DNA of 64,000 bases, taken from the NCBI GenBank assembly GCA_035938395.1, contig DASZGY010000021.1, forward strand, positions 1,262 to 65,261, written 5' to 3'. The notes beneath the pieces were generated by a model, which saw only the letters and a program-made list of their open reading frames with translations, ran no database searches and had not been told where the DNA came from. A program made the position numbers and the translations under genes. This document shows, in pieces, positions 46,152 to 53,845 of the stretch. How positions within the stretch are numbered: the stretch's first letter is position 1; every line of letters begins with the position of its first letter. Source of the DNA: Acidimicrobiia bacterium (GTDB lineage Bacteria; Actinomycetota; Acidimicrobiia; IMCC26256; JACDBD01).

Positions 46152-47444
46152 GTGACGGAGCGCGCCCCGACCCGCGTCGGGGTCCTCGGCTCCGCCCACC
46201 AGGCTCTTGTCGACGATCGCGGCGCGATCACTCCGGACGGCGCGCGCTGGCAGCTCGACTGGTGGGTCGGCGCCGACGATCGGTGGCATGTCCCGGCGCG
46301 TGAGGCCGGGGTCCGTCAGGCGCTCGTCGGCGGGGCGCCGGTCGTCGAGACGTCCCTGCGCGTGCCCGGAGGCGACGCGGTGGAGCGCGCCTACGGCGTC
46401 GGCGGCCCGGCCGGCCTCGTCGCGGTCGAGATCGAGAACGCCTCGGGCGCGCCGTTCGTCGCCGCCCTCGTGCTCAGGCCGACGCCGGCCGGCCGCATGC
46501 GCGCGATAGGGACGCGCGGGTCGTGGGTGACGGTCGACGGGCGTCCGGCGCTCCGAACGCCGCGGGCGGCGAAACGGTGGGCCGCGGGAATGGGCGGCGA
46601 CGCCTTCGAGATGGTCGAGGCCGGCCGGGCGCACGAGAGCACGTTCACCGGTGTGGGAGGCCGAGGGATGCGACTCGAGGTCGCGTTGCTGCACCCGGTT
46701 GCGCACCGGACCAGGCTGCGCTGCGCGCTGGCCGTCGGCCGCCCGGGCCGCTCGGTGCCGGTGGAGGCCGTCGATCTCTCCCTGCTTCCGGACGCCGCTG
46801 TGGCCGCCGCCGGCTGGGACGCGCAGCGGCGCCGCGGGATGCGCGTCGTCCTTCCCGATCCTCGGTTGCAAGACGCCGTCGACGCCGGACGCGCTGCGCT
46901 CCTGTTGGCCGCGGACGCGCGCCGGCGTCCGAGCGGCGAGGAGGTCGCCGCCCTCGAGGACTGGGGCTTCGACGGCGAGGCGGCCGCCGCGTGGCGACGG
47001 CTCGGAATCCGCGCCCGGGCGCGGGCGTCGCACCGTGCGCCCGACCCGACGCCGTGGTCGAGCATCCGGAAGCGACTCGCCTCGGCCTCGGCGGCTTTCA
47101 CCTGGCCCGACGGTCCCGCGCCGTTGCTCGGATCAGTGCGCGACCTCCTCGTCGGCGCCGGTGTGCGCGCGAGCGACGACGATTCCGCCGCTCTGCTGGT
47201 CGAGCTGCCCGCCGAATGGCGCGGCCAGAGCTTGGACGTGCACGACGCGCCCACGCGCGCGGGGCGCGTCTCCTATGCCGTCCGCTGGCACGGCGCCCGG
47301 CCCGCGCTGCTGTGGGAGTGCGAACACCCGATCCGGCTCAGCGCGCCCGGCCTCGACCGCGCCTGGTCGACCACCGAGCCACGGGGCGAGACCCTTCTTG
47401 CCGCGCCCCCGGGCGCGCCGGGCGACGCCGGAGGGTTCAGCTGA
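46152..47444 (+). CDS. Hypothetical protein
   Basis: 430-aa ORF with a coding-like pattern. No motif recognised. Its 3' end overlaps the convergent GH38 gene by 8 nt. Confidence 0.45.
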   Translation: MTERAPTRVGVLGSAHQALVDDRGAITPDGARWQLDWWVGADDRWHVPAREAGVRQALVGGAPVVETSLRVPGGDAVERAYGVGGPAGLVAVEIENASGAPFVAALVLRPTPAGRMRAIGTRGSWVTVDGRPALRTPRAAKRWAAGMGGDAFEMVEAGRAHESTFTGVGGRGMRLEVALLHPVAHRTRLRCALAVGRPGRSVPVEAVDLSLLPDAAVAAAGWDAQRRRGMRVVLPDPRLQDAVDAGRAALLLAADARRRPSGEEVAALEDWGFDGEAAAAWRRLGIRARARASHRAPDPTPWSSIRKRLASASAAFTWPDGPAPLLGSVRDLLVGAGVRASDDDSAALLVELPAEWRGQSLDVHDAPTRAGRVSYAVRWHGARPALLWECEHPIRLSAPGLDRAWSTTEPRGETLLAAPPGAPGDAGGFS

Positions 47445-50193
47445 CGGCGTCGTCCACGCGGAGCGACGCGATCTCCCACGGGCGGAGCTCGACCGCGCCC
47501 TCGAACCGCTCGACGGGCCGGCCGACCAGGTCGACCGTCCAGCCCGTCGCGGGCGCACCGTCGCGTTCGACGGCGGCCGTCGACGGATCGGGGGACGGGT
47601 TGAACACGCGCGCCAGCAACCCGCCCGGCTCGCGCAGCACCGCCGACACCCGGGCGCCGTCCACCCGCAAGCGCGCCCCGGTGGGCTCGCGGCGCGCGCC
47701 CGCCACGCCACCCGCTCTGACGCGCTCGAGCGGGACGAGCACCTCGTCGGCGGCGTCGTAGAGGTTTGCGTCGCGCCAGTCGCCGCGGTGAGGCAGCAGC
47801 GCGTAGTCGAAGGTGCGACGGCCCGGCACCTGCGGGCCCTCGAGCGGATACGGGTACCCGGCCGGGCTCGCCCGCATCGAGAGCTGCAAGCGGGAGAGGT
47901 ACCCGGTCGCGCGCAGCAGCGTGAGCGCCATCTCGTCGCTTTGCTTCCCGTCGTCCGTGACGAGCTCGTATTCCAGCAGTCCGTCGTGGACGATCGCGAG
48001 GCCGGCGCTCCCGTCCGAGGCGTCGACGAAGCGGCGCGACACGAAGGTCGGGAGGCCGAACTCGTTGGGGCCTCCTTCCGCGGTCAGGCCGCGCTCGACG
48101 ACGGCGAACGCGCACTCCGCGTGCGACTTCGCCACCGGCGCGGGGAGCGGGAAGTGCGCCCGTAGCCGGTGGTCACGGCAGGGATTGTCCAACTCGGTGT
48201 GGACGCGGAGGAACCTTTCGCCGGTGCGCAGCTCCAGGGTCGTGTGCACCCCGACAGGGGTCGTGTCGCCCGCACGCTGTTCGCAGGAACGCTCGTCGCC
48301 GACAGCGTGCGTCGGCCACTGGTACGTCGCATCGATGCGCACGCGGGCGCGCACAGGACCGGACTCGAGCTCGGTGACCTCGACGCGCTCGGGCCGGTCG
48401 ATGACGAGATCCTCGGCGGGCGGGGAGTAGTTGTAGGTGTCGCCGCCGTCGCCGCCGTCCACCAGTCGTCCGAGGCCGCGCACCGTCAGCCCATCGGCGG
48501 TCGTGATGGCGTACGTGCCGTCGCCGTCGACCTCGACGTGGAGATGCTCGTTGTCGAGCGACGACGGCCCCGACGTGACCGCGCTGGTCGGTCCCGCCCC
48601 GGGGGCGACCGTGTAGCTCCGCCAGCCGAAGCCGGGCACGTCGTCGGCGGCGAAGATCGCCTCCTGTACCGGCGCCGTGATGACCCGGAAGCGGATCGTC
48701 TTGCCCTCGTCGCCGAGCTGCACGAGCTCGTCCCGCAGCTCGGTCAGGTCGATGTGCGGCTCGCCGGGGTGGGCACCCCGGAAGGTGAGCTCGAGCGCGC
48801 CGTCGTCGGCCTCGTCCATGTCGTAGTGGCCGATGCGCTCACCGGCGAACTCGGGCCCGTTCATCATCTCGATCACCCACCGCACTTTCTGGCCCGAGAC
48901 GATCGTCGAGAACCCCTCGCCCGTGAGCAGGCCCAGCACCTGGGTCGGTCGCGCCTCGCCGTCAGGCGTCACGAAGTGGAACGGCCCCTCCCCGGGGACG
49001 CTCACCGACAGCACGCCGCCGCGCTGCGCTTGCGTCGGGTTCGCGACCAGCGTCGACCCGGCAGGTGTGTCCACCTCGGTGGCGAGCTGCCGCATGGCCT
49101 CCCGCGCGAGGACGTCGCCGATCTGGCGTGCCTCGTGGTAGCGCACCATCACCTGGTCGACGACCTCGTCGTCGCTGCACGCGCACGAGGAGTCGTGGGC
49201 GCTGTTCTCCACGAGCTTCTGCCACGCGATCCCGAGGAGCGCGTCGGGATACCGCTCCGCCGGTACGAACATCGCCGACAGCGGCTCCGCCCGGCGCTCG
49301 AGTGCCCGCTCCGCGACCGCGCACGCCTGGTGCACGTCGACGCGGTTCGACGCCACTCCCATGAGCACGTTGGCGCGCGCCCCCGATCGCAGCTCGCCCC
49401 GGACCGTCGTCAGTCCCTCGGTGGGCTGCTCGGGGAGGTATTCGGCGAGCGAGGTGACGACGAACCGGTAGTCGTCCTGGATCTCATTCGCCTCCGCGAC
49501 GACGCGCCCGAGCCACGGCTGCGGCATCTGGTGGTCGGTGCCGTTCATCAGCAGCATCGATCCACCGGGGAGCCGGGCCGGGCCGAGCTCGAGCTCGTAG
49601 CTCCGCGCCCGCGCGACGAGCTGCTTGGCATCGTCGGGAAGGTCGCGACCATTCGAGTACGAGCCGTACAGGTACTCGGCGCGCACGGTTGAACCGTCGG
49701 GCGCCTCCCACGCGAACGCGGTCTGCGTGACCGTCGACGGGACGCCGCGCCACACCACCGCATGCTCGAAACCTGCCAGCCGGAGGATCTGCGGCATCTG
49801 CGAGATGTGGCCGAACATGTCGGGCAGGTATCCGACCGGCATCGCGCCGCCGAGCTCGATCGCGCGCCGCAGGCCGAGCTGGAGGTCGCGGACGATCGTT
49901 TCGCCCGAGACCATGAACTCGTCCATGAGGACCATCCACGGCCCCACCGACAGGCGGCCGGTGGCGGCCAGCCGCCGCAGCGTCTCCGCCGCCTCGGGCC
50001 GGACCTCGAGGTAGTCGTCGACGACCACCGTCTGGCCGTCGAGCAGGAAGCGGGCGTAGCTCAGGTCGTGCTCGAGGAGCGGGAGGAGCGCGTCGAGGAG
50101 CCGGACCAGCCGGGCCCGGAACACCTGGAACGGCGCGTACCACTCCCGGTCCCAGTGCGTGTGCGGGACGATCCCGACCTTCGTCGGCGGCAT
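47437..50193 (-). CDS. Alpha-mannosidase, glycoside hydrolase family 38
   Basis: VGIVPHTHWDREWY N-terminal motif. 918 aa from ATG 50193. Confidence 0.85.
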   Translation of the reverse strand: MPPTKVGIVPHTHWDREWYAPFQVFRARLVRLLDALLPLLEHDLSYARFLLDGQTVVVDDYLEVRPEAAETLRRLAATGRLSVGPWMVLMDEFMVSGETIVRDLQLGLRRAIELGGAMPVGYLPDMFGHISQMPQILRLAGFEHAVVWRGVPSTVTQTAFAWEAPDGSTVRAEYLYGSYSNGRDLPDDAKQLVARARSYELELGPARLPGGSMLLMNGTDHQMPQPWLGRVVAEANEIQDDYRFVVTSLAEYLPEQPTEGLTTVRGELRSGARANVLMGVASNRVDVHQACAVAERALERRAEPLSAMFVPAERYPDALLGIAWQKLVENSAHDSSCACSDDEVVDQVMVRYHEARQIGDVLAREAMRQLATEVDTPAGSTLVANPTQAQRGGVLSVSVPGEGPFHFVTPDGEARPTQVLGLLTGEGFSTIVSGQKVRWVIEMMNGPEFAGERIGHYDMDEADDGALELTFRGAHPGEPHIDLTELRDELVQLGDEGKTIRFRVITAPVQEAIFAADDVPGFGWRSYTVAPGAGPTSAVTSGPSSLDNEHLHVEVDGDGTYAITTADGLTVRGLGRLVDGGDGGDTYNYSPPAEDLVIDRPERVEVTELESGPVRARVRIDATYQWPTHAVGDERSCEQRAGDTTPVGVHTTLELRTGERFLRVHTELDNPCRDHRLRAHFPLPAPVAKSHAECAFAVVERGLTAEGGPNEFGLPTFVSRRFVDASDGSAGLAIVHDGLLEYELVTDDGKQSDEMALTLLRATGYLSRLQLSMRASPAGYPYPLEGPQVPGRRTFDYALLPHRGDWRDANLYDAADEVLVPLERVRAGGVAGARREPTGARLRVDGARVSAVLREPGGLLARVFNPSPDPSTAAVERDGAPATGWTVDLVGRPVERFEGAVELRPWEIASLRVDDAVS

Positions 50194-50253
50194 CGGGCCA
50201 GGATACGGGCCGCCACCGAGGTCGGTCCTGGGCTCGCCGTAAGCTCGATCGCC

Positions 50254-50682
50254 ATGCGGGTGGTGCTCGGGTCGGACGAGAAGACCGGGCTGACCGACGC
50301 CGTCCGGGACGACCTGGAGCAGCGCGGCCACGACGTCGTGCTGGTGGGTCCGCCGGGCGGCGAGCCCATCGAATGGGCCGAGGTCGGCGAGCGCGTCGGC
50401 GAGCTCGTCGCCAAGGGCGACGTCGACACGGGGGTCCTGTTCTGCTGGACCGGCACGGGCGCGTCGATCGCCGCGAACAAGGTGCCGGGCGTGCGCGCCG
50501 CGTTGTGCACCGACGCCGCCACCGCCGCCGGCGCCCGGAAATGGAACGACGCCAACGTGCTCGTCATGGGGCTTCGGCTCACGAGCCCCGTAGTGGCCCG
50601 CGAGCTCCTCGACGCGTGGTTCGCAACCGAGCCGGACCCCGGCGAGGCCGACAACATCGCCCGGCTGGAGAGCCGTCGGTAA
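50254..50682 (+). CDS. rpiB: Ribose-5-phosphate isomerase B
   Basis: RpiB/LacAB family pattern LFCWTGTGASIAANKVPGVRAAL. 142 aa. Confidence 0.85.
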   Translation: MRVVLGSDEKTGLTDAVRDDLEQRGHDVVLVGPPGGEPIEWAEVGERVGELVAKGDVDTGVLFCWTGTGASIAANKVPGVRAALCTDAATAAGARKWNDANVLVMGLRLTSPVVARELLDAWFATEPDPGEADNIARLESRR

Positions 50683-50690
50683 GCTCCCGC

Positions 50691-50746
50691 CGCGGCGACG
50701 GCGGCTTTGCCGCCCGTCGCCGCAAAGCCGGAGCTTGCGACGGCGA
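50691..50746 (+). repeat. Copy A of the hairpin+box element (5' leader of the GYD gene)
   Basis: cGCGGCGACGGCGGCtttGCCGcCCGTCGCCGCaaaGCCGGAGCTTGCGACGGCGA, then gAAGGGaaaccGTG. TAAGCT (-10-like, includes the rpiB stop) at 50680-50685. Confidence 0.9.
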
Positions 50747-50757
50747 GAAGGGAAACC

Positions 50758-51051
50758 GTGCCGACCTACGCGATGCTCACGACACTGGGGCCCGATGGGT
50801 GGGCGACCGTCCGCGAGAACCCCGAGCGCATCCGGGAGGTCACGCGCGAGGTCGAGGGGATGGGCCTGACGGTCATCGCCCAGTACGCCCTCATGGGCCA
50901 GTACGACTTCCTCAACGTGATCGAGGCGCCCGACGAGGCGACGATGGCCCGGGCCGCGATCATGCTGGCGGCGCGGGGCACGATGCGGACCACCACGCTC
51001 CAGGCGATCTCCGTCGAAGAGCTGATCCAGAGCTTGAAGATCGATAGTTAG
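50758..51051 (+). CDS. GYD domain protein
   Basis: (M)PTYAMLTTLGPDGWATV...GQYDFLNVIEAPDE is the typical GYD family pattern. Start at GTG 50758 rather than the track start 50707, which reads through the repeat element. Confidence 0.8.
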   Translation: MPTYAMLTTLGPDGWATVRENPERIREVTREVEGMGLTVIAQYALMGQYDFLNVIEAPDEATMARAAIMLAARGTMRTTTLQAISVEELIQSLKIDS

Positions 51052-51061
51052 CGGATCGCGA

Positions 51062-51265
51062 CTACGCGATCCACCACATCGAGCGCTTCTTCTCCTCGCG
51101 CAGCTCGTCGTCGACGAACAGCGCGGGGAGTACCGATCCGTCGGAACGACGCTTCAGCTTGTAGCGGGCGCAGTCGCCCTCGTCGACGATCTCGGCGACC
51201 TCGAACCCACGTGACCACCTGTCGTCGAAGCGTGAGCGCACTTCGACGCGGGTGCCTTGCTCCAT
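51062..51265 (-). CDS. Hypothetical small protein (67 aa)
   Basis: MEQGTRVEVRSRFDDRWSRGFEVAEIV... Coding-like, no motif recognised. Confidence 0.4.
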   Translation of the reverse strand: MEQGTRVEVRSRFDDRWSRGFEVAEIVDEGDCARYKLKRRSDGSVLPALFVDDELREEKKRSMWWIA

Positions 51266-51347
51266 CGTCGGCGAGGGTAACAGGCACCTGACCAGGAGCG
51301 GAAGAGACGTGCACTTCGGCGTCGCAGGGGCTTGGTATGTTCCGGCG

Positions 51348-52067
51348 ATGGTGGCATCGGCGTCTGCTCCCCCGGTGCCGGCGGCAGGCGTCGGCGCAAC
51401 GCCCGCGTCGCGTACGCGGACTCCGACCCTCCGTCTCGAGCGGCGCTGCTGGGGCGCCGGCGAGCCGGTCGTCGTCGGCATCGACGAGGTCGGCCGGGGC
51501 GCGTGGGCGGGCCCGGTCACCGTGGCAGCGCTCGTCCCCCCGCCGGACCATCTCCGCGGCGTACGCGACTCCAAGGAGTTGACACGCGACGAACGCGAGA
51601 TCGTGGCAGCCCGCGTGCGCGGGTGGGCGGTCGCGATCGGCGTCGGCCATGCGTCGTACGAGGAGTGTGATGCCCTGGGCATGACCGCGGCGTTGCGAGC
51701 TGCCGGGCGCCGCGCGCTCGGGCAGCTCTCCGCACTCGGATACGAGCCCGATCGCATCATCCTCGACGGCAACTACGACTACCTGGCATTGGGTGCGCGC
51801 GTCACGACCGTCATTCGAGGCGACTCGACGTCGCTTTCGGTCGCCGCTGCGTCGTGCGTCGCCAAGGTCACGCGCGACGCGCTCATGCGCGAGGAAGCCG
51901 AGCACTACCCGGCGTACGACTTCGAGTCGAACGTCGGGTACCCGGCGCCGATCCACAAGTCGGCACTGGCGTGGTACGGGCCGAGCGCGATCCACCGGCG
52001 CTCGTGGATCTTCATGGACGGGTTGTGCTGGCGGGGTGTGCCGCCGGCACCCGGACGTCTGTTCTGA
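51348..52067 (+). CDS. rnhB: Ribonuclease HII
   Basis: GIDEVGRGAWAGPV and DSKELT motifs. ATG 51348 lies 6 nt after TATGTT, which suggests a leaderless transcript. Confidence 0.85.
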   Translation: MVASASAPPVPAAGVGATPASRTRTPTLRLERRCWGAGEPVVVGIDEVGRGAWAGPVTVAALVPPPDHLRGVRDSKELTRDEREIVAARVRGWAVAIGVGHASYEECDALGMTAALRAAGRRALGQLSALGYEPDRIILDGNYDYLALGARVTTVIRGDSTSLSVAAASCVAKVTRDALMREEAEHYPAYDFESNVGYPAPIHKSALAWYGPSAIHRRSWIFMDGLCWRGVPPAPGRLF

Positions 52068-52081
52068 GCAGGGGGGCGAAC

Positions 52082-52651
52082 ATGGCATCCGATTTGCCGG
52101 ATCTCCACGACCGTGCGCTGGCGGGAACACGCCGGTACGTCGCCGGTGTCGGCGGCGACCAGTGGACGCACTCGTCGCCGTGCGAGGGCTGGGACGTGCG
52201 CGAGCTCGTGAACCACATCGTGAGCGGGAACTTCTGGGCGGGAGAGCTGGCGCGGGGAAAGACGATCGACGAGGTCGGCGACCGTCTCGACGGCGACATC
52301 CTCGGGGTTGACCCGACGGCGACGTACGAGGAGTCGGCCCGCGCTGCGAGCGAGGCGTTCCATGCGCCGGGAGCGATGGAGGCGCCCTGCGCGGTGTCGT
52401 ACGGGCCGGTCCCGGGCGAGGTGTACCTGGGGCACCGGTTCATCGACGTCGTGGTCCACGGCTGGGATGTCGCCAAGGCGACGGGCCAGGACACGACGCT
52501 CGATCCCGAGCTCGTGGAGGCGTGCTTCACGGTCATCGAGCCCCAGAAGGAGATGCTGCTCGGCAGCGGGGTGTTCGGGACCGACCACGAGGCGGAGCCC
52601 GGCGCGGACCGGCAGACCGCGTTGCTCGAGTTGCTGGGTCGCACTCCGTAA
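52082..52651 (+). CDS. DinB/mycothiol-maleylpyruvate-isomerase N-terminal domain family protein
   Basis: WTHSSPCEGWDVRELVNHIV and C-terminal LLELLGRTP resemble the actinobacterial TIGR03086-type family (recalled, not searched). Confidence 0.65.
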   Translation: MASDLPDLHDRALAGTRRYVAGVGGDQWTHSSPCEGWDVRELVNHIVSGNFWAGELARGKTIDEVGDRLDGDILGVDPTATYEESARAASEAFHAPGAMEAPCAVSYGPVPGEVYLGHRFIDVVVHGWDVAKATGQDTTLDPELVEACFTVIEPQKEMLLGSGVFGTDHEAEPGADRQTALLELLGRTP

Positions 52652-52669
52652 TCTCGTAACCTCACGCCC

Positions 52670-52724
52670 GCGGGAATGGCGGTTTTGCCGACCGTTCCCG
52701 CGAAGCCGGAGCCTGCGACGGCGC
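52670..52724 (+). repeat. Copy B of the hairpin+box element (5' leader of the Nfu-like gene)
   Basis: GCGGGAATGGCGGTtttGCCGaCCGTTCCCGCgaaGCCGGAGCCTGCGACGGCGC, then AAGGAGagagATG. TAACCT at 52657-52662 and TAATCT at 52649-52654 lie upstream. Confidence 0.9.
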
Positions 52725-52734
52725 AAGGAGAGAG

Positions 52735-53100
52735 ATGGGCCAGCCGATCACCGTCACCGCCCGACCCGGCGCGTCGCCGTCGATCCGGTTCTTCGAGCTC
52801 AACCGGTCGCTCACGGGCATGGAGATCGAGCGGTACCACGCCGTCGACGACACCGAGGGCGACCGGCCGCCCGACGTGCTGGCCCGGCGGCTGTTCGACC
52901 TCGGCGCCACCCAGGTGACGATCTATTCGAGCGCGGTCACTGTGCAGGCGCCGCCCGAGCGTTGGCCCGAGCTCGAGCCCAAGGTCACCGAGACGATGGA
53001 GCACCTCTTCGGCTACTACGGCGACGACGCCGGCTGGTCACCCGACGCGCTCGAGGCCCTCGGCATCGAGGTCAAGCCCCCGCCCGAACCGCAGAAGTAG
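52735..53100 (+). CDS. Small protein resembling the Nfu/NifU N-terminal scaffold domain
   Basis: 121 aa. PSIRFFELNRSL...LFDLGATQVTIYSSAVTVQ is reminiscent of the Nfu_N fold. Weak assignment. Confidence 0.5.
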   Translation: MGQPITVTARPGASPSIRFFELNRSLTGMEIERYHAVDDTEGDRPPDVLARRLFDLGATQVTIYSSAVTVQAPPERWPELEPKVTETMEHLFGYYGDDAGWSPDALEALGIEVKPPPEPQK

Positions 53101-53146
53101 GCGCTCGCGCTTCCTGCTCTTCCTGGGTCTGCGGTCGACCCCGCGC

Positions 53147-53836
53147 TTGCCGATCGAACACACGTTCGCTTATGGTCGGCATGTGGCCCTGGCCGCACTT
53201 CCCCGGCGGGACGAGCGATCCCGCGAGCACCTTGACAACACAGCCCGGCACGCCCGGCCTGTGGTGCTGGCCGGCGAGCGGGTCCTGGCCGTGCCCGGCC
53301 CGCTCGGCGCGCTGCTCCCCGGCGGCGCCGTCCAGCGGGGGACGGTGGTGGCGGTCGACGGCGACCCCGGAGCGGGAGCCACGTCGGTCGCTTTCCAGCT
53401 GGCGGCGGCGGCCACGGCCGCCGGCGAATGGGCCGCCGCGATCGAGCTCGACGCCAGCCTGGGCGGGCTGGCGGCGGGAGAGGCCGGGGTCGAGCTCGAA
53501 CGGTTCGCCGTCGTCCGGCGGGTGCCCCCCGCCCGCTGGGCTGCGGTGGTTGCCGCACTGCTCGACGGGGTCAGCGTCGTGCTCGCCGAGGTGCCGGCAT
53601 ACGCACGGGTGGGCGATGCGAGGCGGCTGCTCGCCCGTGCCCGCGAGCGCGGCGCGGTGCTGGTGGCGATGGGACCGTGGCCGGCCGAGGCCGCGCTCCG
53701 CCTGCGGGCCGGAGGCTCGGTCTGGCGCGGCCTGGATGCCGGCGCGGGCGCGTTCGCCGGACGCGACCAGCGCGTGCACGTCGACGGCCGCGGCGCCGCC
53801 GCCCGTGATCACGTCGCGCTCGTCGAAGCCGGCTGA
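53147..53836 (+). CDS. imuA: ImuA'-like SOS mutasome accessory protein (RecA-fold remnant)
   Basis: Sits directly upstream of imuB behind a LexA box. VVAVDGDPGAGATSVAFQLAAAAT is a degenerate Walker-A-like segment. The true start is probably GTG 53183, 6 nt after TATGGT. Confidence 0.65.
   Translation: MPIEHTFAYGRHVALAALPRRDERSREHLDNTARHARPVVLAGERVLAVPGPLGALLPGGAVQRGTVVAVDGDPGAGATSVAFQLAAAATAAGEWAAAIELDASLGGLAAGEAGVELERFAVVRRVPPARWAAVVAALLDGVSVVLAEVPAYARVGDARRLLARARERGAVLVAMGPWPAEAALRLRAGGSVWRGLDAGAGAFAGRDQRVHVDGRGAAARDHVALVEAG
53154..53169 (+). promoter_or_regulatory. LexA (SOS) box upstream of imuA'
   Basis: TCGAAC-ACAC-GTTCGC, one mismatch to the actinobacterial consensus TCGAAC-N4-GTTCGA. 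TATGGT (-10-like) follows at 53171-53176. Confidence 0.75.
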
Positions 53837-53845
53837 CGGCACGGG

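Noticed and set aside
50707-50757. Conserved peptide VAAKPELATA read through the element as an N-terminal extension or uORF. It is also seen in track ORF 14320..14838.
   Set aside because: The element is read in different frames relative to the downstream gene at other copies (52676 versus 52735; 56824 frame versus 57083). Copy E lacks part of it. Conservation is therefore at the nucleotide or structure level, not at the peptide level.
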